Assembly: GCA_965219445.1 (NCBI GenBank)
Contig: CBDCNQ010000004.1
Span: 224,001-288,000, forward strand
Source: Longimicrobiales bacterium
GTDB taxonomy: Bacteria > Gemmatimonadota > Gemmatimonadetes > Longimicrobiales > Gaopeijiaceae
Length of the DNA stretch: 64,000 nt
Direction: 5' to 3'
Made by a program: the position numbers and the translations under genes. Below the pieces are notes generated by a model. The model saw only the letters and a list, made by a program, of their open reading frames with translations, was not told where the DNA came from and made no database searches. Positions 49,836 through 59,582 of the stretch are shown here, in pieces (the stretch's first letter is position 1; each line of letters begins with the position of its first letter).

Positions 49836-50164
49836 GCTCAACTCCTTGCGTCGAGGCACCGATTCTACGGAAGGCGGCCGAGAGGGGAGGTCCAGCCTCA
49901 TCTGGACATCCGGACGGCCACGGATAGGAAAAAGAAAGGCCCAGTGCCGGATCGGGATAACGTAAGGGGCGGTCCAGACGCGTCAAGCGGGATTCTCTGC
50001 CGGCGCCCGATGAAGAACCACTGACGTCGTGGATACCGTCTTGAGCACCACCGCGAAGCACTGGGCGACAGGCTCTGGGGATTCTCCTTCAGTGAGAGCC
50101 TTGCAGCCCAACACGCCTGAGACGCATCTTGAGCGCCTGGCACTTTTCTTGAAGGAGATTTCCG

Positions 50165-52267
50165 ATGCAGCAAGTTACAGGTGATCACCGCTACTTAGGA
50201 TTCCGGTGGCCTCGGTTGGCCTTGTATCTCGTCGCCACGCTGAGCCTTCTGGTCGCCACACCGCTGACCGGTAAGGCGCAGCAGCCCGGTGGAGCGACGC
50301 TTCAGGGCCAGTGGCATTACCTGGGAGGGGATGCCTACCACCAGAGGTACTCGCCGCTGGACCAGATCCACGCCGGTAATTTCGAGGATCTGGAGGTCGC
50401 GTGGATCTGGAGGGGCAACAACTTCGATCCCACCGTCGCCCGTGGCAAACCCTTATTCGTGGACGGGGTGCTCTACACCGTGGTGGGCAACCGCCGGACG
50501 GTGGTCGCGATCGATGGGGGGACGGGGGAGACCCTTTGGGCCTACCGAGAACCGCCCACAACCCGCTGGGAGCGCTCCACGAGGAGGGGCCACGGCAAGG
50601 GAGTTTCCTACGGCGAGGTAGACGGCCGGGGCGTGATCTTCGTCTCGACGCCCGCCTTCTTCTTGCACGCTCTGGATGCGAAGACAGGCCGGCACCTCGA
50701 GAACTGGGGGACACGTGTGCCGTTGCCCGGCTTTCCCGCCACTGGAGTGATCGACCTCCTGCCCGATATCCTGGACGACTGGGGGCCGTGGGAAGACTAT
50801 GTGGCCGCCGGCGGGACCTATGACGCGGACTGGGGCGCGCCGGCTGAGCTCGGACACATCACGAGCTCCGCACCCCCCATCGTGGTGAATGGGGTAATCG
50901 TGGTCGGTAACTCCGCGGAGTCGGGCAATGAGCAGCTTCGGGTGGAGAACATTCCGGGCGATATTCTGGCGTACGACGCAGGCACGGGCGAGCACCTCTG
51001 GAAGTTCCACGTCATCCCGCGGCCGGGCGAGGTCGGCCACGAGTCGTGGGAGAGCGACGCGTGGGCCTGGACGGGCGACGTCTCCTCCTGGGCCCCCATG
51101 TCGGCGGATCCGGACCTGGGCATGGTCTACATCGGCACGAACCCTCCCACAATAGACTTCTATGGCGGGTTCCGGCCGGGGGACGGCCTCTTCGGAAACA
51201 GCATACTCGCGCTGGACGTGCAGACGGGTGAGCGGGTGTGGCACTTCCAGATGGTTCGGCACGACATCTGGGACTACGATACTTCCGTTCCGCCCCTGTT
51301 GATCGATGTAACGGTGGACGGGGAGGAGGTTCCCGCGTTGGTGGCCAATGGGAAACACGGAATCACGTTCGTCTTCAACCGGGCCACGGGCGAGCCGGTC
51401 TGGCCCATCGAGTACCGCCCGGTGCCGGCGTCGCGCGTGCCCGGGGACCAGGTCTCGCGGGTCCAGCCCTTCCCCACGAAGCCCGAGCCGATCGGGTTTC
51501 TCGGGCTTCCCGAAGAGGAGCTCATCGATTTCACACCCGAGCTCCGCCGACAGGCGCTCGAGATCCTGGAGGACTTCGACTGGGGCAAGGAACCCTACAC
51601 ACCGTATATCCACGAAGGAAACGAGCTGGGAAAGATCGCGACGATCACCTGCCCATCGGGGAGCCCGAACACCGGCGCCGAGCCGTCAGCCGACCCCGAG
51701 ACGGGATTGGTCTACATCTCCATGACCAGGAACTGCCGGTGTCCACAGCTCGCGCGCGGGTTCGAGCTGGATGATCCCGACGACCCGGTCTTTACGGGCA
51801 CGAACACGACGGCGGAGTTCATCACGGGCGAGACGACCACGGAGTGGGCGCCCGGCACGCCGAATATGGGCTGCAGGGGTCCCCAGGGACTTCCTCTCTG
51901 GAGGCCTCCCTACAGCAGGATCGTGGCCATCGACATGAACACTGGCGAGGAGGCATGGTGGGTGCCCAACGGGGATACGCGTGACGTCATTCGGAACCAC
52001 CCAGCACTTCAAGGACTGGACATATCCAACACGGGATCGGGGAGTTTGGCTCCGACCCTGGTCACGAGGACGCTGCTCTTCCACACCGGTGAGCCGTATC
52101 TCAACGCTCTCGACAAGCAGACCGGAGAGCGCTTGGGCAGGGTCGAGCTTCCAGCTCCTGGTTCGTACGGCTTGATTACCTACGAGCACGAGGGACGGCA
52201 GCACATCGTGGTTCAGGTGAACAGTGCGGACCTGCGGAACTCGCTCGTAGCGCTCCGGCTGCCGTGA
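50165..52267 (+). CDS. PQQ-binding beta-propeller quinoprotein
   Basis: YSPLDQI, WHFQMVRHDIWDYD, PPYSRIVAIDMNTGE. Confidence 0.9.
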   Translation: MQQVTGDHRYLGFRWPRLALYLVATLSLLVATPLTGKAQQPGGATLQGQWHYLGGDAYHQRYSPLDQIHAGNFEDLEVAWIWRGNNFDPTVARGKPLFVDGVLYTVVGNRRTVVAIDGGTGETLWAYREPPTTRWERSTRRGHGKGVSYGEVDGRGVIFVSTPAFFLHALDAKTGRHLENWGTRVPLPGFPATGVIDLLPDILDDWGPWEDYVAAGGTYDADWGAPAELGHITSSAPPIVVNGVIVVGNSAESGNEQLRVENIPGDILAYDAGTGEHLWKFHVIPRPGEVGHESWESDAWAWTGDVSSWAPMSADPDLGMVYIGTNPPTIDFYGGFRPGDGLFGNSILALDVQTGERVWHFQMVRHDIWDYDTSVPPLLIDVTVDGEEVPALVANGKHGITFVFNRATGEPVWPIEYRPVPASRVPGDQVSRVQPFPTKPEPIGFLGLPEEELIDFTPELRRQALEILEDFDWGKEPYTPYIHEGNELGKIATITCPSGSPNTGAEPSADPETGLVYISMTRNCRCPQLARGFELDDPDDPVFTGTNTTAEFITGETTTEWAPGTPNMGCRGPQGLPLWRPPYSRIVAIDMNTGEEAWWVPNGDTRDVIRNHPALQGLDISNTGSGSLAPTLVTRTLLFHTGEPYLNALDKQTGERLGRVELPAPGSYGLITYEHEGRQHIVVQVNSADLRNSLVALRLP

Positions 52268-52291
52268 CCAGGGAAAAGTGACGGGGAGCTG

Positions 52292-54022
52292 CTATCGCCG
52301 ACCCGATCCACGATAACGCCGGATCCTCACCTCCAGTGAGTCGGCGAGGGCGGTGTCGCCGCCTCGCTGTGCGAGCCGTAGAGCATCCTGTGCCGCCCCG
52401 ACGGCTTCGTCGATTTGTCCGAGCGTCGCGAGCGCGCCGGCGAGCACGTCCAATGCGTAGGGATCCTGTCGGTTCGACATCATGACACCTTGGCGGGCGA
52501 CTAGCATCGAGGATTGCGCGTCGCCCTTGGCCGCGAAGATCCGGCTGAGCCCGACCAACGCCCCCACATGGTCCGCCCGGTACTGCAGCGCCTCCTGAAA
52601 GTGCCCTGTGGCCGCATCCAGATCTCCGGCCTCGACCAGGGATTGGCCTTGGATGAACTCGTTGTACGCCATGTAGGCCATATCCTCGGATACGTGCTTC
52701 CATGCCTGCTCTTCGAGCAGCTGTCGTCGGTCCGCGGAGCTCCGGGGCAGAACCTGAAGCATCAGATCCGCCATCTCGTCCGTGGAGTTCGAGCCATTCA
52801 CCACGCGCGTCGGAGGACTAGACGGATTGCGCGGGTTCGCGGCCGAGTTGTCGAAGGTGTACTCCATTAGAATGGTCGTGCCGGCCGGCAAAGAAATCGG
52901 CTCGATGAATCGGTAGTCGTCCTGCCAATTGAAGTCCCAGTTCGGAATATGGATGAGCGACACCTCGCGGCCCCCGGGAAGGACGGCGGTGGCACGGAGG
53001 TCCTTCCCGAGGTAGTGCGCGTGCGGATACGCACTCAGGACGGCCACCTCGACCGGGAGCGTGAAGCTGTTAGTCACCGAGTAGTCCGACGCCCCGGCCG
53101 GAATGTCGATCATCAGGGAACTGATGACGAGGATCGCCGGCTCCCGGGTCGGTGGCTCGTCAGCGAAGTGGAAATCGACCTCGGCCGTGACCTCCTCCTC
53201 CACGCCGGACGTGCGGAAATGCAACTGCACGACCAGATCGGTCCCGGGTTCGAGGCGCCAAGGCATGCCGTCGAGCGGAGGAAGCCGTGTTATGCCCGGC
53301 GTCCATCCGATGAAGTGACCGCTGGGACGCGCCGCGTTGCTCCGGAGCTGCATGCCGTCGAACCCTGAACCGCCTTTCGCCCGCGCCAGCTCGCGCGACG
53401 ACGAGGTCGTGTCCACCATCATGCGCGCGTGGTGCACCACGTTTCGGCTTCCGGGCCTCAACTCGACGTACTCGATCCAACGCGTCTCGGCGACCGGAAT
53501 AGGCACGACCAGGTTCCGATACACGTCGAGGCCGCGGGCCGGTACCGTATACGTCGGCAACTGTACAGTCAGATCCGCGGGGCCGGGGTTCCACCCCGTC
53601 TCGGCCACTTGGTCGGTGGCACGCGAGAGATCGCCGGCGGGCGCTCCTTCTTCAGCCCACTGGCCAAAGAGTCTGATCTCGTCGGACGTCAGTCGGCGCT
53701 CACCGTAGAACGTTCCGGGCTCTGATTCCGGGAGCCAGGGCGGCATGACACGGCGCTCCGTCACATGGGCGATAAGCCCGGCGCGGGAGCGCGCGTCCTC
53801 GTACGCCAGGAGGCTGAACGGCGCAGAACCACCCGGGCGGTGACAACCGACGCACTCGCGTGCGAGAATCGGGGCGATATCCGCGGCGTAGGTCACCGCA
53901 GACTGTGCCCCGGCGTTCGGCGCGCCGACCATCGAGGAGCCCAGCATCGCGGGGACCGCCAGGACAGCGAGTGTTCCAGTCAACCCGGACACGACAAAGG
54001 AAGCGTTCAAGGATTCGGTCAT
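52292..54022 (-). CDS. Cytochrome c plus copper type II monooxygenase-like plus TPR protein
   Basis: CVGCH heme motif; VVHH, PHAHYLG, DEM copper-site motifs; C-terminal TPR helices. Confidence 0.8.
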   Translation of the reverse strand: MTESLNASFVVSGLTGTLAVLAVPAMLGSSMVGAPNAGAQSAVTYAADIAPILARECVGCHRPGGSAPFSLLAYEDARSRAGLIAHVTERRVMPPWLPESEPGTFYGERRLTSDEIRLFGQWAEEGAPAGDLSRATDQVAETGWNPGPADLTVQLPTYTVPARGLDVYRNLVVPIPVAETRWIEYVELRPGSRNVVHHARMMVDTTSSSRELARAKGGSGFDGMQLRSNAARPSGHFIGWTPGITRLPPLDGMPWRLEPGTDLVVQLHFRTSGVEEEVTAEVDFHFADEPPTREPAILVISSLMIDIPAGASDYSVTNSFTLPVEVAVLSAYPHAHYLGKDLRATAVLPGGREVSLIHIPNWDFNWQDDYRFIEPISLPAGTTILMEYTFDNSAANPRNPSSPPTRVVNGSNSTDEMADLMLQVLPRSSADRRQLLEEQAWKHVSEDMAYMAYNEFIQGQSLVEAGDLDAATGHFQEALQYRADHVGALVGLSRIFAAKGDAQSSMLVARQGVMMSNRQDPYALDVLAGALATLGQIDEAVGAAQDALRLAQRGGDTALADSLEVRIRRYRGSGRR

Positions 54023-54110
54023 GGCGGGCAAGATGCGTCAAACGTGTATGGGGCGGCAAGCGCCCACTTCAAGAAGAACCGCTCAGACTATTACGACGCG
54101 CCGCTATCGG

Positions 54111-54497
54111 TTAGGCCGATTCGAGATCCGTCTGCGGGAAATCCTCGCCCACAAACAGCAAGGGCTCACCCGACAGGCGGGCCACAGCGTAGGTCAGACA
54201 ATCCCCGAAGTTCAGGCCCGCCGGATCCTGCCCTTTCCCGAACCTTCTGTACGCCTCCACCGCTTCCCGCCAGTGCACACTCCCGAACGAGATCTCTTCG
54301 ATAGCGAGCTCGTCTAGCAATCTCTCTAGCAGACCAGGCGCACCGGCGCCGAGGCGGGCGTGGAGCACGATTCCCGCCTCCGCCAGCGTTGGACTCCCGG
54401 CCGCTACGACAGGTGCCGAGAGGATCCGATCAAGAACGTCTTCATAACCGGACTCCTGAAATACGATGGCCAGCAATGCGGATGCATCGACGATCAT
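54111..54497 (-). CDS. vapC: VapC PIN-domain toxin
   Basis: MIVDASALLAI, RFGKG..PAGLNFGDC, LLFVGEDF. Confidence 0.95.
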   Translation of the reverse strand: MIVDASALLAIVFQESGYEDVLDRILSAPVVAAGSPTLAEAGIVLHARLGAGAPGLLERLLDELAIEEISFGSVHWREAVEAYRRFGKGQDPAGLNFGDCLTYAVARLSGEPLLFVGEDFPQTDLESA

Positions 54498-54766
54498 ACG
54501 CCGTCGGGACCCAAGCCAAGGATGCGCTCTCGCTCCTCGCGGCTGGGGGGGCAGCCGAGTTGATCCGGGGGGACCTGTGACCAGACCTCCCGTGAGAGAA
54601 ACCTCTGAATTCGGTCAGCCCGAGCACTGTCGGACATGCGGACCCTGAGTCGTTGATGTCGCTCGCTCAAAGCCTGTCGAACGGCCTCCGTCTTGGACTC
54701 ACCAGTCAGCGCTGCAACCTCAGCCGCCAGTCGTTCGACCTCAGGATTCTTGATGTTGAGGGCCAT
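54494..54766 (-). CDS. vapB: VapB antitoxin
   Basis: MALNIKNPEVERLAAEVAALTGESKTEAVRQAL; ATGA overlap with vapC. Confidence 0.93.
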   Translation of the reverse strand: MALNIKNPEVERLAAEVAALTGESKTEAVRQALSERHQRLRVRMSDSARADRIQRFLSREVWSQVPPDQLGCPPSREERERILGLGPDGV

Positions 54767-54780
54767 GGTGTGGACCCAAA

Positions 54781-54813
54781 GGTGTAATTATACCGTTATG
54801 GTGTAATTATACC
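54781..54813. promoter_or_regulatory. Tandem operator sites upstream of vapBC
   Basis: Two identical near-palindromes GGTGTAATTATACC separated by 5 nt. Confidence 0.75.
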
Positions 54814-55031
54814 CAACTGAGACCGTCTTGACCAGTATTTATAGCTCCACGAAGCAGGCCATCAAGGGTCCTGCTGTGGTGACCTGGGTTTCCGGCTCTT
54901 TGGTGTCGGTGGGTTAGGGGGTAAAAAGGGGGCTATGGGACCTCAAGCGGGACCCCAAAAAACTCGGGTTGCCTGGCGGGAACTCAGTGGAGGGGGGAGG
55001 AGCTCTGGCCTCCGGACGCTCAGGAACGCAG

Positions 55032-55266
55032 CTAAGGGCGGCCGAAGTTCGCCTCGAACCGATCAAAGCGTCCTTCCAGGCGGTCGATTCGCGCGGCGTT
55101 CCCTGTGACGCCTTCGGCCACAGCACGCAGGTCGTGGCTTAGCTGTTCTTGGCCCACCTCGACACGGATCACGCGCCCTTCGAGACGATCCAGCCGACCA
55201 CCGTGCTCCTCGTAGATCCGGCCGACCATCTCGTATTTCCGCGTCCTGGAATTGCTGTTGGGTCAT
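55032..55266 (-). pseudogene. Small coiled-coil protein, probable frameshift near 55240
   Basis: MTQQQFQDA in one frame, YEMVGRIYEEHGGRLDRLEGR..RIDRLEGR in another. Confidence 0.45.
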
Positions 55267-55340
55267 CGGTCCCTGAGTGCTCGGAAGGCTCGAGAGCGCA
55301 ATCTACGCATCGGGGCTGAGCTGGAACATGTCGAAGGGGA

Positions 55341-56591
55341 TTACCTGGGTCGCAATCCGGCCAGTTCTGCGAGTGCGCCGAGCGTCGTCTGCGCCGCATT
55401 GAGGCCGAGCAGGAAATCCTCATCGGAGTAGGTAGCGACGAGATCGGTCGGCTGATGCCAATTGGGATTCCATCCCCCTCCGATGTGCATGCCTCGCTCG
55501 TTCTCGCGGAGGCTGATCGCGGGCACGATGTCCATGAACCACCTGGAGTCAGTGTTGGTCATGTGCGGGCCCACGGCGGCCGGGTAGTCCGTGGCGTACC
55601 GTTCGTTGGCGTCGCGGAAGAAGAAGGCGAGCCTCATGGCCTCGTCAGCCAACTCGGCGCTCGACTGGAACTCTATGTTGACGTCGGCCTCGGGCCGCTG
55701 GGTCGGGCTGAGGGAGCCGTCTGCACGAGGCATTCCGTGGTCGAACAACATCATGTCGTGCTGGATCATGCCCAGCCAGGTCGGCTCGGGATAGAACCCT
55801 GACCCGGCCGGTTCCTCCCGACCTTGAAGGCCCCTGCGCTGCTCGACGTACGCAAGAGCACCGAGCGATCCGCCTTCTTCGTGGTTCCAGAGGACGAAAC
55901 GGATGGATCGTTCGGTCTCCACGTCCGGTCCACTGAAGACCCGCGCGAGCTCCATCACGAGCGCCGTGCCGGACGCGTCGTCGTCGGCCCCTTGGCCGAA
56001 GCCACGCCCATCCATGTGGGCACCGACGATGTACATCTCATCCGGTCGGGTTGTCCCGACCTTCGTACAGTACACCTGCTCGCGTTGGCCAGGACTGGCG
56101 GGTTGAGCGTTGAGCGTGCGGAGAACTTCGTCCGGTTGCGCTGCAGGATCGTTGTTCGCTGCGGTCGGCCTCGTGACGCCACGCAGTCGGGAGCCGCCCG
56201 CGGACATCCTGACTTCGCCACTCGCGATCACCGGAACGGGCGGAGCCTCCGGACCTGGTTGCGACGGCTGGGCCGGCCTGGGCGGTGGTGGATCGAAGAC
56301 GAACTGCATGCGCTCGGTCGCACAGCCGTAACTGCGCAGCTGCACGTCGATCCAATCGACGGCGGCCTGGTTGCGATCAGTCCCTGCCAGGCGATCGCCG
56401 AACTGCGCCAAGCCCTCAATCGTCGCCTTATAACGCTCCAAATCGAGGCGCCCGACGAGCTCCGCCACTTCAGCCACGGGGGGAGTGAGCCGCGCCGGGG
56501 CGGCGGTGCTTGGCAGCCGTTCCTCGACAGCGGAGCCGGCGCACGCCGTCAGCAGGGTGGCGAATACGACGAGGAAAGTGTTCCTGGACAT
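55341..56591 (-). CDS. M28-family peptidase, lipoprotein
   Basis: LTAC lipobox; GAHMD, GADDDASG, WNHEEG, HDM, WH. Confidence 0.9.
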   Translation of the reverse strand: MSRNTFLVVFATLLTACAGSAVEERLPSTAAPARLTPPVAEVAELVGRLDLERYKATIEGLAQFGDRLAGTDRNQAAVDWIDVQLRSYGCATERMQFVFDPPPPRPAQPSQPGPEAPPVPVIASGEVRMSAGGSRLRGVTRPTAANNDPAAQPDEVLRTLNAQPASPGQREQVYCTKVGTTRPDEMYIVGAHMDGRGFGQGADDDASGTALVMELARVFSGPDVETERSIRFVLWNHEEGGSLGALAYVEQRRGLQGREEPAGSGFYPEPTWLGMIQHDMMLFDHGMPRADGSLSPTQRPEADVNIEFQSSAELADEAMRLAFFFRDANERYATDYPAAVGPHMTNTDSRWFMDIVPAISLRENERGMHIGGGWNPNWHQPTDLVATYSDEDFLLGLNAAQTTLGALAELAGLRPR

Positions 56592-56621
56592 ATGAACGCG
56601 GTGAGGGTCAGGCAAACCAAA

Positions 56622-56686
56622 ATGGGCGCACTCCGAGATCAGGCTGCGCTCAACATCCCAGAGCGGGCCGGTGGGCGCAAGCAGAA
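56622..56686 (-). promoter_or_regulatory. Dispersed promoter-like repeat, copy 2
   Basis: TTGCGC-N17-GATGTTGAGCG..GGAGTGCGCCCAT. Confidence 0.7.
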
Positions 56687-56745
56687 GGGTTTGATCGGGG
56701 GGCTCCCTAGGGTTTCCTTAGTGCGTCAGGCGACCTTCTTCGGGG

Positions 56746-57780
56746 CTAGTTCTGGACGGCCTCACGTTCAGCCGACCTCGAAGCGCGGAGCCTGGCCTCG
56801 AGGGCGCTGCGCTCGGATGCGGTCAGATCGGCGAGGAAGCGGTCTGCGGCCGCGACCCAGGCATCGCGGTCGACGGCACGCGCGGCTGCGTCCAATGCGG
56901 CGAGCATCTCGCCTCGGACCGCCTGCCGCTCCGCGAACAGTTCCCTGGCAGCTTGCCCCCACCGCGGCGGCACGAGCGCGAACGAGACGTTCCGAATCCG
57001 ATCGGCGTCCGCCTCATCGGCCATCCAGCACGAGCTAGGCGGCTCGATGCCCGCAGTACGGTAAGGTAGCCAGAAGTTGAGGCCGGCAAACGGGCCGTTC
57101 GAAGATGGAACGAACCAGACGTGCAGCATGTGTAGGGTCCGACTTTCGTCGCCGAACTCTGGATGGTCGTGCCATCGGGCGAGGTCGCTTTCGAACGGTA
57201 TGGGCACTTTGGTTTCCGGCACGTCGATGAACACGTACGCCGCGCCGACGAGTTGCTCCCGGCCATCGATGCTGGCGAACATCAAGTGGTCCGGCGCATC
57301 GATCCACACACCGTCCAGGCTGCGTCCCTTGTGCACGTAATGCACGCCCATGCCGGGGATATCGCCCAATGCAGGATTGAACCCGGCGGCACGGGCGGCT
57401 TCCGGTGTATCGAGCTCGGACATCGCCTGTCGCAGTGCAGCGACTTGCAGGCGATCCGTCTCGGACAATCCGCTCCACGGCGGCGACGAAAGCGTCGTGC
57501 AGCTCACGGGCTCACCCGCATGGATGTGGGCCTGGTCTGGTGTCTGCGAGAGTGCTGAGCGTGGGGCCATGATGTCGGCCACCGGCTGCGGCTCGTCAAC
57601 GACTGCAGACGTCTTTCCGTCTGGGGTAGGCCCTGATGCCTCCGGCGGGGTGCAGCCAATGAGAGGAATCATCATCATCATCAGCGCGAACGTTCCGACA
57701 TCACCGAGGATCGCGTTTCGCCAGATGAAGAGACGCGAAGGCACTTTGGCCTCGGCCATGCGGGTGACGGGGTCGTACAC
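56746..57780 (-). CDS. Hypothetical lipoprotein with His-rich motifs (start uncertain)
   Basis: LIGC lipobox; GMGVHYV, WHDH, MLHVW. Confidence 0.7.
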   Translation of the reverse strand: MYDPVTRMAEAKVPSRLFIWRNAILGDVGTFALMMMMIPLIGCTPPEASGPTPDGKTSAVVDEPQPVADIMAPRSALSQTPDQAHIHAGEPVSCTTLSSPPWSGLSETDRLQVAALRQAMSELDTPEAARAAGFNPALGDIPGMGVHYVHKGRSLDGVWIDAPDHLMFASIDGREQLVGAAYVFIDVPETKVPIPFESDLARWHDHPEFGDESRTLHMLHVWFVPSSNGPFAGLNFWLPYRTAGIEPPSSCWMADEADADRIRNVSFALVPPRWGQAARELFAERQAVRGEMLAALDAAARAVDRDAWVAAADRFLADLTASERSALEARLRASRSAEREAVQN

Positions 57781-57792
57781 AGTGATGTCCTC

Positions 57793-57852
57793 GGCATGGG
57801 AAGATCAGACCGAGGTCAACATCCGAGAGTGGGCCGATAGGCGCAAGCAGAA
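57793..57852 (-). promoter_or_regulatory. Dispersed promoter-like repeat, copy 3
   Basis: TTGCGC-N17-GATGTTGACCTCGGTCTGATC. Confidence 0.7.
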
Positions 57853-57934
57853 CTTGCTGATCTAACAAGCCGTGAGGCTCCGTGGTTCACGGGTCCGCGT
57901 TTGTGGAGGGCGCACCGTTAATGGCCCGGCGGGG

Positions 57935-58333
57935 CTACGACCAGAACTCGTCCCAAGCGTAGAGGTCGAAAAAGTGCTCCCTACCGTCAATAATCCGGCC
58001 GTCCTTGAACTCGAAGACGATGCAGCAGCCAACATCCAGGTGCTTGCCGGCCCTCTCCGCGCGGTTGTGATGAACGCCGATCACGCGGCCGTCATCACTC
58101 TTAGACAAGTGCTGCAATGCGGCCTTGAAGGTCCCTCCCGTCTCCCCCACATACCGGCCGAATTGGGCAAAGGTCGCGTCGCGGCCCTGGTGGTCGCCAG
58201 CGAGGGGGCCTCGCCCTGGCGTGTGCCACGAGGCGCTCTCGTCGAAGATCTCGGTGAGCGTCTTCATGTCGGCCGAGTTGAAGGCCTCGTAACCGCGTCG
58301 CACGGTCTCGGCGTTTCTTTCTGTGTCGTTCAC
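57935..58333 (-). CDS. SnoaL/NTF2-like protein
   Basis: NAETVRRGYEAFNSAD, WHTPG, VFEFKDGRI, WDEFWS. Confidence 0.9.
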   Translation of the reverse strand: MNDTERNAETVRRGYEAFNSADMKTLTEIFDESASWHTPGRGPLAGDHQGRDATFAQFGRYVGETGGTFKAALQHLSKSDDGRVIGVHHNRAERAGKHLDVGCCIVFEFKDGRIIDGREHFFDLYAWDEFWS

Positions 58334-58384
58334 GATGTAGTTCTCCTTGATCGTGATAGGTGTCTGTGCCTCCTAACGTACCAC

Positions 58385-58427
58385 CGAGAAGACGGCCACC
58401 TCCGAACGATAGGGCTTGGCCGTCTTT
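58385..58427 (-). terminator. Repeated hairpin, copy 1
   Basis: AAGACGGCCA..TGGCCGTCTT; near-identical to 61301..61340. Confidence 0.6.
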
Positions 58428-58452
58428 CTAAGCTCGGCCGGTTCAGCGGCCC

Positions 58453-59478
58453 TCATCGAGTCCAGAGAAGGACGACGCCGCAGGAATTAAGCATGCCGTA
58501 CTCGAAGGGTATGCCGGCAATTCCGTGGTAGACCTCCATCGCACTGATCCACTCCGGGGGGTATTGGTCGAGGTCCGGATCAAACATTCGAATCCCATCC
58601 ACGTACACCGGCAGAACACAGCCGCCCCCGCGAAAACCGAGGCCCCGCCCGCTCACGGCTACCGTGCCGCCGCGGTTACTTCGCCTCACCCTCACGCCTG
58701 GAACACGCCAAATAACGTCGGATACGTACATGGGATGAATGGCTTCGAGGTCTTTCTTAGCGAATTGCTTACCCCAGCCACCCTCCATTCTCCTGTAGAA
58801 TCCGTTCCGTTCGAGAAAGCGCGAGCGGACCGTCACTTCGATCGCCTCGAGTTCGATCGCCCGGGCAGACATCGAGGCGTTGATTTCGACCGTTCTTCCA
58901 GCTTGCACGATCAGTGTGGTCGTGCGGGAGGCGTAACCCAGGTGCGTGAACCGGACCTCCATCAACCCCGGCTCCAGGTCCCTCAAATCGAAACGGCCAC
59001 GTCCATCCGTCACTGTGCCAGCGCGTGTCGGGCTCAGTACCGTGACCTCCACGTCGGAAACCCCACGGTTTCTGCCCTCCTCGGTGACCCGACCGACGAT
59101 GCGCCCCGGAGCCAGCGGGTCGTAGGTCGGGTCACGGTCTAGCAGAATCAGTAAATCTTCGTGCCAGGGAACCGGCAATTCGCCCAGAATGATGGCGTCG
59201 TAGCCGACCCGCTCTGCCGTTAGGCGATGTCGCCCAGCCGGGAGACGACCGAGGTCGACCCGACCCAACTCGTCCGAGATCACACGAATGCCGAGTTCGG
59301 GCAACTCCACGATCGCCCCACTGAGCGGAGCTCGGGTCTCCGCATCCGCGACCTGGCCGGACCTCGCGAATCCGTCGTCCGCCAGGCCGACCGACTGATC
59401 CATGGCTCGGAGGTTGTCTGCAAGTGGACACGCCAGAAGGCCCGAAAAGACAATCACGAGAAGGGACGTTCGGTTCAT
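58453..59478 (-). CDS. Carboxypeptidase-regulatory-like domains (x2) plus TonB plug, no barrel
   Basis: [46 protein letters not shown]. Confidence 0.85.
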   Translation of the reverse strand: MNRTSLLVIVFSGLLACPLADNLRAMDQSVGLADDGFARSGQVADAETRAPLSGAIVELPELGIRVISDELGRVDLGRLPAGRHRLTAERVGYDAIILGELPVPWHEDLLILLDRDPTYDPLAPGRIVGRVTEEGRNRGVSDVEVTVLSPTRAGTVTDGRGRFDLRDLEPGLMEVRFTHLGYASRTTTLIVQAGRTVEINASMSARAIELEAIEVTVRSRFLERNGFYRRMEGGWGKQFAKKDLEAIHPMYVSDVIWRVPGVRVRRSNRGGTVAVSGRGLGFRGGGCVLPVYVDGIRMFDPDLDQYPPEWISAMEVYHGIAGIPFEYGMLNSCGVVLLWTR

Positions 59479-59486
59479 GTTGCCTC

Positions 59487-59579
59487 CTTCATCGCGACCT
59501 TGCGCCCGTGCTTGAGATCATCGGCCAAGTAGACCGTTGCCATGCCGCCCTCGCCGAGCTCACGCTCGATGGCGTAGCG
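59487..59579 (-). pseudogene. 31-codon fragment of a Ser/Thr protein kinase (subdomains I-II)
   Basis: [31 protein letters not shown]; not in the ORF track. Confidence 0.9.
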
Positions 59580-59582
59580 GAA

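Noticed and set aside
54914..54965. GGGACC direct repeat with G/A runs as an att site
   Set aside because: No integrase or matching partner nearby
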